This document shows, one piece after another, positions 11,166 to 21,572 of a stretch of 64,000 nucleotides of DNA. Both the position numbers and the translations under genes were made by a program. A model generated the notes under the pieces. That model was not told the origin of the DNA. It saw only the letters and a program-made list of their open reading frames with translations, and did not search any database. The stretch spans positions 186,001 through 250,000 of the forward strand of contig CDRNVI010000047.1 in NCBI GenBank assembly GCA_977017575.1. The letters are read 5' to 3'. The DNA is from Paramoeba atlantica (Eukaryota; Protista; Discosea). Within the stretch, counting starts at the first letter, position 1, and each line of letters begins with the position of its first letter.

Positions 11166-11360
11166 AAAACTATTGTTTCCCTCATTTAGTCAAGCATTAC
11201 TGTGATTTCCATGGGGAACCACCCTAATCTATTTCCTTGGGGAACCACCCCAATCTGCTTCCATGGCGCCGAGATGCCAAGTTTGGGGTGCCATAGGAGT
11301 AGGGTGGAAACACTTAAAACCCCCCCGCGCACATTAGTTACATCACTTATTATTGTTCGT

Positions 11361-11912
11361 TCATGCACTTATAGTGCAGGGATTATGCTCACAAAGTCCG
11401 TGCCCGCATACGACGGGTGGATCAAGTGAGGGTTCGCCCTCGCCGGAGGTGTGCGGGTGCAGAGAGCTGGAGTCCCAGGTGCAGAGAGCTCGGTTGTCAT
11501 GTGCAGGTGCAGAGAGCCGGATCCCCATATTACAGTTTCGGGGGCAATCCGGGTGCAGAGAGCTGCGACAGAGCCGAGGTGCAGAGAGCTGGGCGACCCC
11601 CAGGTGCGGAGAGCCGGGAGTCTCGTCGGCGGAGGACACGCCTAGTGGTCCTCAAGGGAGGCCACCGTGACGCATGGCCTCTTCGGAAAGGTAACTGCGA
11701 GAGAAGGGGAAGCCGAGAGAGGGAAGCACACTCACTCCAGGGGAGTGAGTCGGGAAGGGATGAAGGGGTGGAAGCGCGTCCCCTGCTTCAACAATAGAGA
11801 GGGACAGTTCCGGCCTTAGTACCGACCGGCAACGGGCATAAAAATACAGTAAGAGTATGCCCGTTGCCGGGGAAAGAAAGGATTAACTAAGGAAAAAGTA
11901 CCAACAAGGTAC
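11361..11912 (-). repeat. Spliced-leader-linked ~550-bp repeat, copy 1
   Basis: Reverse complement of 58630-59194. Starts GTACCTTGTTG|GTA, has a 14-bp-stem hairpin at 11826-11870 and tandem GTGCAGAGAGC motifs. Confidence 0.8.
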
Positions 11913-12261
11913 GTAGTTACGTATCACTTATTAGTTACATAAAACGATAAAAATCACTTATTAGTTGCGAATCACTTATCAGTTACGTGGAGTAATTAAT
12001 TCGAAAATTCTTTTTTTTGCTTGGAACTTCTTCCCTCTTGGAAATTCGTATTTTCATATTTTATTCTTCTCTTCGCCAAGTACCAATAAGGTACGTAGTT
12101 ACGTATCACTTATTAGTTACATAAAACGATAAAAATCACTTATTAGTTGCGAATCACTTATCAGTTACGTGGAGTAATTAATTCGAAAATTCTTTTTTTG
12201 CTTGGAACTTCTTCCCTCTTGGAAATTCGTATTTTCATATTTTATTCTTCTCTTCGCCAAG
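11897..12261. repeat. Near-perfect 182-bp tandem duplication
   Basis: AGTACCAA(C/T)AAGGTACGTAGTTACG...TCTTCGCCA occurs twice head-to-tail (period 182). Confidence 0.9.
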
Positions 12262-12931
12262 AGATAACAGCCTTAGCCTCTGAGTAACCCGAGGATTTGG
12301 GAACCAATAATACGAATTGAAAAGAAACTACCTTTGCACACCCACACGTAACCCACACCACACCCACAACCAAAGGGGGGCTGATCACCCCCCCTTTTTA
12401 TACCCCCCTTTTAAGATTCACGACCGCACGCCTGACCGTTCAACAGCAATGATTCGCTCTCGCGGGGACGGAGCGGAAGGTTCCTCAGCTTGCTCTTAGG
12501 CGTCCATAGCCCTTGGTTGGCCAAACGGACGTAATACTAACTAACTAACACCCACAACCATGCGAATTATACGAATTGAAAGTGACGACGAAACAATATT
12601 CGAAATGATCGATGAATCACCAAACGAGTGCTGAAGAGAAACTGCAAAATTCATAAATGAAGCGGAATTCTGCAAAGAGAGAGAAACCTGGACCCAAACT
12701 AAAACAGATGTCCAGAATTGTGATATTTATATTGCTAAATGCTGATTACCGTTTAAATTGCACATTTAAAGCAAGAGCGGATGGACAAGGTATCGTTAAA
12801 ACTTCTTCTGTGAAAACTTTTACTCGTAACTAATAAAGTTGGAATTCGACGCTTTGAAAAATCACTTACTAGTTACATATCACCTATTAGTTTCCAAAAT
12901 CCTATGTAACTAATGTGCGCGGGGGGGTTTA

Positions 12932-13190
12932 GTTATTCTGGGCTCTGACTCGTCTATCACAAGCATGTCCTACATAGACACGCTGAAAAAGGTACCTTTC
13001 CCCCAGAATTTTATTTTTCAACAAGATGGGGCTACGGCACACACCGCCCATACCTCTAAGGAGTATATTACAAATAGAACGAAAGATGTATTGAAAAATT
13101 GCCCCCCCCCAATTCACCAGACCTTTCCCCCATAGAAAACGTCTGGTCTATGTTCCAAACAGGGGTCCGAATAACTTTATATATGTAGTT
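12932..13190 (+). pseudogene. Tc1 DD35E transposase C-terminal fragment
   Basis: Reads YIDTLKK..IFQQDGATAHTAHTSKEYI..VLKN.PPNSPDLSPIENVW with frameshifts; homologous to the 2156-2896 ORF. Confidence 0.8.
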
Positions 13191-13194
13191 TATA

Positions 13195-13945
13195 CACTGT
13201 CGTTCAGCTATAAGTACCCCCCCTTTATTTTTCGGTCGCTCGTCCGTTTGACCTAATTCCAGCGGCAAACGAGAGATCTCGATCCCTAGCCTATCTTTGC
13301 CGGTCTTCTTTTTTTGTAAGAACTTAATATACGCTTTTGGCACTCGAAATACTGTTCAAAAATGAGATTTTCCAATGTACAGTCAAATTTTCCCTTTTTT
13401 TCTCATTGACACTACCCTTTTTATACCCATGGTGAGGAACCACAGGCCGAGTTACCTAAACTCGGAGTGTACGACGCTGGCAATGCGCATTTCGTTTGTT
13501 TTTGAACGAAAACGCGGTGCTTCCACCACTTCCATCTATAAAAAATATAAAATTAATAAAAAAACGGTACGAAAATGGGTAAAAATGTACGATGGAAAAA
13601 AAATGTGTCCAGAGTATTTAAAAAGTATGAACAAGGTGTTGGAGAACGGGGGATGGCATATTGGATATTAAGCTTGTCTTTGTGTAATCTTCTATTCCTG
13701 CAGTGATTGTATTTATTGGGTTTTACCCGGTAAATATATCAAAAAATGGATCATTTTTGTAAAAAAATCATTTGTTCGGCTCTTTTTTTCAAAAAATAAT
13801 TCGATCCTAATGTGTCGAGAAAAACCAGTTTAAACAGCGGGAAACGCACCTATGTAAAATTCTCTACACGTTCAAAAAAAAGATGATAAAAAACAGACCT
13901 TTTTTTCAATTTTCGAGGGGGGGGACTTATATCTGATTGCTAGTG
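13195..13945 (+). mobile_element. Internally deleted Tc1-like element
   Basis: TA-flanked imperfect TIRs CACT..C..TCAG.TATAAGT(A)CCCCCC; HTH-like remnant (IYKKYKINKKTVRKWVKMY) in 13375-13671. Confidence 0.65.
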
Positions 13946-13947
13946 TA

Positions 13948-14876
13948 CACTCCCGCCAAAAAGTATTGTCCACAAAAATGGCCGACACAAAAAGTATTGT
14001 ATTTATTAGTATCGACCATTTTTTTGAGTTTTGACCAGAATTTTAGTTTTTTTCTCGAACTTTCCATAAATTTACATAATGAGTTCTGATATACGCGGCC
14101 ACTGAAGGCTCTGTAAAATGACTATGTGTCTCGTCTGTTCGCCCGTAATTCTATTGATACTGCTGTCAAAAAGGCGACCGCCGTGTCGAAGCGTATTTGT
14201 CGTGAAAACAAGGTACTTTTTATTATCCAGGCAATGAATGAACTCCGTGCGCGTCAAGTAACTGCATCTTGGGATGTGACGGAAATTCCTCGTGTCCTCT
14301 TTGGAGAAATTTGTACTCGCACTACGCGATTGGGTTCCTTCAAATCTCTGCTAGAGTCCTCTGATGCAAGCGAGATTGTTGTTACCGTATCTGAAAGCGA
14401 AGAAGAAAACAATTCCCCAAACCTCAATGAAGGAACCTCAGTTGAAAAGAAACGCGGAAGGCCGCGGAAGCTTTCTGCGCAGGAAATTGAGGCACGCAGG
14501 GAAGCCATCGAAAAATCAGAAGCCCGCCGTAAAGAGACACTTGGAATGTCGCGGAAGGCTAAGGCAAGATTTGAACAGGTTTGGAATATGGTTCCTCTCT
14601 CGCACTACTTTAGCGTTGAGTAGTCAAAATAATTGAATTACTAATTCCATGGTGCTATTTTCATTGTGCTAATTTGTGCTATTTCCATGGTGCTAATTTC
14701 CATTCGACCTGTTTTTGTGCTTCACTATACGTTTACAAGGATCCCATATGATAAAGTCCAACTTTTTGGAAGCCAGTAGCAACTCGTGGAAATCGACAAA
14801 AAATATTGTATTTATTAGTATCGACCAAATATTCGTGGTCGATACTAATAAATTACAATACTTTTTGGCGGGGGTG
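13948..14876 (+). mobile_element. TA-flanked TIR element with a passenger ORF (14126-14623)
   Basis: 22-bp TIR CAC(T/C)CCCGCCAAAAAGTATTGT (21/22), inner repeats GTATTGTATTTATTAGTATCGACCA and a 165-codon frame with RGRPRK. Confidence 0.8.
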
Positions 14877-14933
14877 TATATACTAGACAAAGAATTATTA
14901 TAAAAGAATTTAAATACTAGAAAAAGAAATATA

Positions 14934-16429
14934 CGGTAACTAACAAAAGTGTTGAAAAGTTTTCACAAATTTTAATGTTTTTATATTTTACAAAAGAGAT
15001 GCAGAGGATAATGAAGTAGTATATTACAGTAGTGTAGGCTGGAGTAGTGCTTACATTCCCACGTACTTAGACTTCATCAACGATCTTACTATAAAAAACT
15101 ATGAAAGATATAATGCGAGCCCAACACTTGAACACTTTTTTCGCTTTTTTGAGATTATTATTTTTTTGACCAAAACTTTGCCTTATGGAGCCCACGCCGT
15201 GAGCCATCATACACCCCCATACCATGACGGATCCCCCACCGTACTTCACGGTGCTGTGTGTATTTCGCTCTGAAAGTGCTTCCCCAAGGCTCACCCACGC
15301 CCACCGGCTGCCATTCGACTCGAAACGGTAGATCTTACTTTCATCAGTGAAAAGCACACGGCTCCAGTCGGCATTCGTCCAATGCTCGTACTTCTTTGCA
15401 AAAGCAAGACGTAGAGCTTTGTGACGCTTCGTAAGGTGGGGGTTCCGTAATTTCTTCTTCCCCTTCAAACCACGCTTCCGAAGGGAAACCCGAATGGTTT
15501 GGGGTGAAACATCTGCAACCCCCTCATCTCTCAACCGTTTACTGGTCGTGACTGCATCCTTAGTTGCACCGCTGGTGATGAGGCGTCGGACGCGATTGGA
15601 GCATGTCTCTGTAAGCTTGCGAGGGCGACCTGTTTTCGGTTTGTTAACTAAGTTGGGTAGGTACTTTTTCTTAATGTTACTTACATTTCCTACGCTCAAT
15701 TGTAGATCTGACGATACCTTCCGAATTGATAATCCGTTCTTTAGTTTTCCTATAACAAGCCTACGTAGATCACTGGGTGTACTGCGCATAGTGCAATGAA
15801 ACGCAAAGTAAATAAAGAAAATCTTACTCCATTTACTATACTTTTTATGCGCAGTACACCCAGTGATCTATGTAGGCTTGTTATAGAAAAACTCGTTTAC
15901 AAGAATTGTGTGCCCTAGACTGGCCCCCGCAGTCTCCCGATTTAAATCCCATAGAGCACCTATGGGGCGAGCTCAAAAAGTCAACTGCGGATCATCCAGA
16001 TCCTCCCGCAGGAATGTTGGAACTTTGGGAACGCGCCCAAAAAGCGTGGGCAGGCCTTCCTCCGAGTGCATGTCTTCCTCTTGTCCGTAGCATGCCCCGT
16101 CGTTTGAGGGCAGTAATTAGGGCGAAGGGGGGACTTACGAAGTATTAAGTTTTGGTCATTTTGGTTTGGTAAGGGTGAAGTAAGGCAAAGTTTTGGTCAA
16201 AAAAAAAATCTCAAAAAAGTGAAAAAAGTGTTCAAGTGTTGGGCTCGCATTATATCTTTCATAGTTTTTTGTAGTAAGATCGTTGATGAAGTCTATGTAC
16301 GTGGGAATGTAAGCACTACTCCAGCCTACACTACTGTAATATACTACTTCATTATCCTCTGCATCTCTTTTGTAAAATATAAAAACATTAAAATTTGTGA
16401 AAACTTTTCAACACTTTTGTTAGTTACTG
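14934..16429. mobile_element. Rearranged Tc1 element with ~250-bp TIRs; N- and C-terminal transposase parts on opposite strands
   Basis: TIRs 14934-15184 and 16181-16429, TA-flanked. The N-terminus (FTDES, GGGSVMVWG) is on - at 15185-15789; the C-terminus (DWPPQSPDLNPIEHLW..AVIRAKGGLTKY) is on + at ~15893-16148. Confidence 0.85.
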
Positions 16430-16451
16430 TATACTAGAAAAAATAAATATA

Positions 16452-16764
16452 AACCACTGTCCGGGTTAATATTCCTGGTAGGAATATTAAGAGGGTATAG
16501 GAATATTAAGAGGTATAGGAATATTAAAAAAATAGCAGAAAAGGTTTTTGGCTCATTAGGGACTGTGTGCGCGTTGGGCTTACTATTTTGATGAAAAAAT
16601 CATCAAAAAAAGGGAATATTGAAGGATGATTTTTGTGGATCTCGGGCAAAGACAGGGTAGGTGTCGGGGAGAGGGGGGGTAGGAATATTAAGCACCATTG
16701 GGACACTTAATATTCCTGGTAGGAATAATACAAGGGTATAGGAATATTAACCCGAACAGTGGTT
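16452..16764. mobile_element. MITE, AACC termini
   Basis: TIR AACCACTGT(C/T)CGGGTTAATATTCCT, TA flanks, internal AGGAATATTAA repeats. Confidence 0.85.
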
Positions 16765-16954
16765 TAGTTACTATAAAGTACCTATACTACCTTTAAAGCT
16801 TTATGTACCTATATTTTTAGAGGTCGACTTTTTGTGAAATTCGGGTGGGAAATCTGTGCAATCTGGGTGCTCGGGTCGGGGAGAGTAGGCCTTGTTGAAG
16901 GTAATGGTTTTTCTGCTTACCGAAGTATCTCGTATTTCGGTGCACAACTCGGTA

Positions 16955-17428
16955 TCATTTTGAATTTCCGCAGAGGTCTCCAGCGTCAAAGAGTGACTCT
17001 ACAAGAAGCAACTCGTTCGTAGATAGCATATCGTGACTGATAAAGTCTTCAAAGCGGCAATTGTCAATAGAAGCTGGCTGTTCTTCAGAAATAGTAGAAG
17101 AATTGCTCACATCACAATTTGTGACGTCTACAGGTTGCTTTACACGACATCGAATGGCAGTTTCAGCCTCAACAAGTTCAGGCTTCAGTCTTGAGCGAAG
17201 ATCAGAGTGCACAAAGCCTACTGAGCTAAATATGCGCTCACAGGCTGCTTCAGAAGTAACTGCGACCGACAATTTTCGAGCAACGTGTGACAGAAGGGGA
17301 AACGTATGTCGGGTCACAAGATCCGACCAAAATGATTGAAAAGGGCTTTTGTCGTTATATAGACGGATAGTTTCTACTTCATCGTTTTGATGGTCACCAC
17401 AACACCATTTATTCACCTCATCGATCAC
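16955..17428 (-). pseudogene. hAT transposase C-terminal dimerisation-domain fragment
   Basis: FW..FPLLSHVARKLSVAVTSEAACERIFSSVG..RSRLKPE matches the hAT dimerisation consensus. Confidence 0.8.
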
Positions 17429-17785
17429 TTTGTATTAGGAGTTGCCGCTTACGTCGCCTGACAATTAGCACAAAAGGGGGAGACAAATCTCCCGTAGGTT
17501 TCGGATATTTCGAATGTGCATTGACAACCACTCTATCAGCGGAGATAGTATTCCTATAATCACGTGCTCTACCCGCAAAGCACGAATCAAGCGGTCATAT
17601 AAAATGAGTCGGTGGGATGGCTTAGCCTGACTTTGAACTGCTAGCCACATGCGGAGTCCTGCAGCAACTGAACAATGGTCACGCTCCATAATGTAGTATT
17701 GTAGTATTGTAGTATTACTACATGTACCGTCACCCTCCCGGCCCCTCACATATCCTTGCAAAAGTGGAACAAAACGGCCAAAAGC

Positions 17786-18166
17786 GGATATGTCACCTAG
17801 GAGGACAAGTCACCTAGTACCGACTTCGAGTGTGAATATTTTTTCTATTAGTTACTCTCGGCCTGCTATACTAAAGAAAGAGTTAAACGGGGGTCCGGTT
17901 TGGCATACCCCCCCGCCCGGTATGGTATATACGAGGTCACAGGTATGGTAAGTTGTTTGAATAAAAAAGTGTTTACCAGCAAAAATTACCAGTAGAGGTT
18001 AAAAATATCACCAGTAAAAATCATAGAAGTGAAAAAACGCGATAAATAGTAAGGAAAACAAACGAAAAATGCTCCATAGAGTTATGATCTACGTGGGGTC
18101 TTCGTACTAGGTGACATATCCTCTCATCAATCGTAAAAAGAGGATATGTCACCTAGGAGGACAAGT
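17786..18166. repeat. Direct/inverted repeat cluster, probable transposon subterminal region
   Basis: GGATATGTCACCTAGGAGGACAAGT at 17786 and 18142; GTCACCTAGTAC (17809) inverted at 18104. Confidence 0.55.
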
Positions 18167-19273
18167 GAGGGGGGGGTGACGGTATGCAGTGAATTCCCCG
18201 TATTTTCTTTTTTAGGCTCTTCGTTAAACGCGGTGGTTGTTTTCAACTTAGAAGTCACTCATGCTGCGCGCTTCGCGTTGAAAACTACCACCGCGTTTAA
18301 CGAAGAGCCTAAAAAATAAAATTTGGTCTGGAAAGCTGAAGAAAACGGAAAGATTATAGCCAAAAATAGCCGATTTTCGGGAAAAAAATGGGGTCATTTT
18401 TGGGTATTTTTGCTCTCAGAGCACGAAATCCGACATTTGCGCGTGGGAAATCACTCGTAGGCATGAATGAAAGCCTGCCGAACGTATTGGGTAGAGAATA
18501 CGACTTCAACCACACCATTCTTTCGACACAAAAAGGGCCCTTTGGGTCCGAAAAATACTTTTTCACGTTTTTTAGTCAAAAATTGGTCATTTTGGGGAGC
18601 ATGCCACGGCTCGAAGAATGAATACTTTGCGAAAACAACGTCGTAGAAAGGTAGTTTAGGTCCCAAATTTGATATTTGCGTGTGGGAAATGACGCGTAGG
18701 GATGAAGCAACGCCTACCCAAAGTATTGGGTAGAGAATGCGACTCCAACCACACCGTTCTTTCGACACAAAAAGGCCCCTTGGGGTCCGAAAAATACTTT
18801 TTCACCCTTTTTTAGTCAAAAATGGGTCATTTTGGGAGGCCTACCACGGCTCCAAGAAGGGATATCTTGCGAAAACAACGGTGCGGAAACCTAGTATACG
18901 TCCCAAACTATCAAAATACAATAGGGCAAAGGATTTTGAAAAAATATTTTTTTTGCCATTTTTTTCGCCAAGTTGAATTTTTTTTCAAAAACAAATTCCG
19001 AAAAAATCCGAACTTGGCGGACCCGTCCTGCGCATACGAGGGGGGGTCACCCCCAGGTAGGGTGGAAAATACGGTGGGGTGGAAAATACGCGCCAAGACC
19101 CCGGCTACCCCTTCTGAGAGTTTTTTTCGGAAAATATTTTTTTCAAAAAAATTTGCTCGACCATGCCCCCCTCCTGGACCCCTCCATGGAACCCCCCATG
19201 GTCCCCCCATTTTTTTCAATTTTGTTTTTCAATTTTGGACCACCGGAGCCCCCTTTTATATTTTTTTCTTCTA

Positions 19274-19576
19274 AACCATGTTCCAGGATAGCATACCCAT
19301 GCCCACTTAGTACACCTACCCCCCCCTCCCAACAAAAGGAGCGGGAGAAGTCCCTTTTTTAGAAGCGACAGAGCAACTTTTCTAACAATCACACGGTAAG
19401 AAATCGCATTTTAAGGTCAAAACACCATTGTTCTAGCAATTACAGATAAGGAACGCGCCGCGAAGCGACGCAAAATTTTTTTTTTGCTTTTTAGACAAAA
19501 TTTAGTATACCGTACCCACTTAGTTTACCGTACCCACTTAGTATACCTACTAGGTATACTATCCTGGAACATGGTT
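19274..19576. mobile_element. MITE, AACC termini, inserted in Rep-A
   Basis: TIR AACCATGTTCCAGGATAG(C/T)ATACC, TA at 19272-73 and 19577-78. Confidence 0.85.
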
Positions 19577-19581
19577 TATTA

Positions 19582-19842
19582 CTGTGACACCTCCTTTATA
19601 CTTCGCCCATTTTGAGCAGTAACGAAGTATAGAGGGCGGTGGTAAATTTTTTCCCCGCTGTCTTTCTTTTTATATCACCTTCCATTTCTAGAAGGGAAGA
19701 ATTTGAACGTTCTTGTTTTTTTCTAAAAATTTTGAAAAAATACGAAAATTTTAAAAAAATCCTCCCCCCTTCGGGGGGGCACACAAAAAACGAAGTATAA
19801 AGGGGGGGTCTGACCAGCGAAGTATAAAGGGGGAGATCACAG
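19582..19842. mobile_element. MITE, CTGTG termini, inserted in Rep-A
   Basis: Imperfect TIR CTGTGA..CC.CCTTTATACTTCG, TA at 19580-81 and 19843-44. Confidence 0.8.
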
Positions 19843-19948
19843 TATATTACTGTGTTTCTCTTTATATTTTCACTGTTTTTGTTCACTGTTTTTTCAATAA
19901 TCGAGTGTAGAGCGGTAGTTATACAACCCCCGCAATAACTTTTTTATA

Positions 19949-20040
19949 CAGGGGGGTGAACGAAAATATGGGGAGGGTCTAAAAAATGAAAAATTCGTTA
20001 AATTTTTGGAAAGTAGAACCGCATTCGAGAGCTCTCGCAA
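19949..20040 (+). mobile_element. Solo TIR of the CAGGGG Tc1 family
   Basis: TA-CAGGGGGGTG..GGGTCTAAAA..GCATTCGAGAGCTCTCG resembles the TIRs at 37389 and 57073; no partner end found. Confidence 0.55.
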
Positions 20041-20109
20041 AGTTACTTATCATGTGATAATGCGTTTCCCGCATTTTTAAAGTTTGTAAAATATTCTAAA
20101 AAAACTTGA

Positions 20110-21045
20110 GGTGAAAGGGAACCGGTTTTGCGCCAAAAGATATATTTTTTCGAAAAAGAGTCATAATTATTCTAAAGAGTCATTTTGAAGCAAATACATC
20201 AGTTTATCTGATACTTTTCCACCTTTTTGGCTACTTTGGACATAAATTGCCGGCATTGCACTGATTTTTCTTGTACCGACAACTGGTCATACACAGTCTT
20301 GGCAGCGATAAGCGAAACGGACATTATTCAATGGCTATTGGACCACAAGCTTGTATACCAACGTGTAGAGTGTGCTAAAAGCCTTGAGCCATGAGTAAAG
20401 TAGAACATTCAATTAGTGATGAGAAAAGAAGAGGAAAAAGTAAGACTTCTTGGCAATTTTTTAAAGGGGGAGCTCGTTTATTGTTCACTTTCGATTATTG
20501 TTAACAATCAATAAATTCATTTATTGTTAACATTCGATTATTGTTAACAATGAATTAATTTCGGTTTTTTCGTGTGGCTTATGAAGTTTTTTGTTCCTTA
20601 TGGTCATGTTTTATAGCGCTCATGATAGGGAAAATGATGCGCCTAACGATATGCGAAACAATGTTATTCAAACAACAGACTTTCAGTCGCTCGACGATGG
20701 CAGTCTCCAGAGATAAAACGTCGAGAAGGCAAGTAAACGGTACCTCACCCGACATCGTACTTCGATTCGCATAACTCAGTTTTGGATGAAACTGTATGGC
20801 AATTGAAAACTGCGTAGTTCCCTAAAGAGGTGTCATTGGAAAGTCGTTAGTAGCTCCGGCGATTGCCAGAACCTTCAGCGACCTCCAGAGAGTGCCCAAA
20901 TACTCCTCATTGTTAACAATATTCGAACTCTCATTGCAGCTCGTACAATGTTAACATTGGGGGGTAAAAGTTCGATTATTGTTAACAATAAACGAGCCCC
21001 CCCTTTAGATATTTTTTTTTGGCGCAAAACCGGTTCCCTTTGACC
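20110..21045. mobile_element. Merlin-type MITE with 8-bp TSD
   Basis: TIR GGT(G/C)AAAGGGAACCGGTTTTGCGCCAAAA; perfect TSD AAACTTGA at 20102-09 and 21046-53; terminus resembles the 10400 element. Confidence 0.8.
20464..21005. mobile_element. TA-flanked MITE nested in the Merlin-type MITE
   Basis: TIR AAGGGGG(A/G)GCTCGTTTATTGTT; repeated palindrome ATTGTTAACAAT. Confidence 0.7.
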
Positions 21046-21296
21046 AAACTTGAATTTTCAAAGTACAAAATTTCGTAGGTTTTTTCGAAAAAATTGCTTC
21101 TTTTATGAATTTGGTGACTTGTACGACTATGACGCAGAAGAAATCGTGTTCGAACAATAAAAAGGTGTAGAAAAGGAGTAGATTCTGTTATGCGCCTCGT
21201 GGGGAACTGAGATCCTCTCATAGGATTCGTTGATTAATCAACGAAGTAGAGACGTACCCGGAACTCTAATTTGGGGGGATTGGAGAGCAAGTTGCA

Positions 21297-21355
21297 GTTG
21301 TGTCATCAAAAGTCGTGTTAATTTCCGGGATTAACACGACTTTTGTTGACACAAC
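21297..21355. repeat. 26-bp-stem inverted repeat
   Basis: GTTGTGTCATCAAAAGTCGTGTTAAT-TTCCGGG-ATTAACACGACTTTTGTTGACACAAC (1 mismatch). Confidence 0.8.
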
Positions 21356-21572
21356 TTAATCTCTCCCCTGTAGCTTGTTGAAGAACACAGCTGTACGCTT
21401 TTACGAAGGATAAAACTTTTGGAATCTCCCCCCTTTTATTTTATACCTTTTCCGATCTAAACGGTCCAAGCTTATAAAGAGGGTATGAATGTAAAGAGAT
21501 AAACAATTTACATAGAAGGCGAAAACATCCTTTAAAAGCATATTACCCTATTACCGTAAGTATCGCATTTCA

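Larger units (their letters stand above)
11317..12930. mobile_element. Non-autonomous TIR element (AACC-type termini) carrying nested sequences
   Basis: TIR AAACCCCCCCGCGCACATTAGTTACAT versus ATGTAACTAATGTGCGCGGGGGGGTTT; internal ATCACTTATTAGTTAC repeats. Confidence 0.75.
18213..19936 (+). repeat. Rep-A copy 2 with internal 239-bp tandem duplication and two MITE insertions
   Basis: 5' hairpin 18213-18311; internal unit repeated at 18435 and 18674; 3' hairpin ending at ~19933. Confidence 0.85.

Noticed and set aside
11450-11620. GTGCAGAGAGC repeats with variable spacers resembling a CRISPR array
   Set aside because: The repeats are only ~11 bp, spacers are irregular, there are no cas genes and the context is eukaryotic.
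12290-12600. Short direct repeats (TACGAATTGAAA, CACCCACAACC) suggesting LTR or retroelement ends
   Set aside because: Too short; no PBS/PPT or RT/integrase coding sequence nearby.
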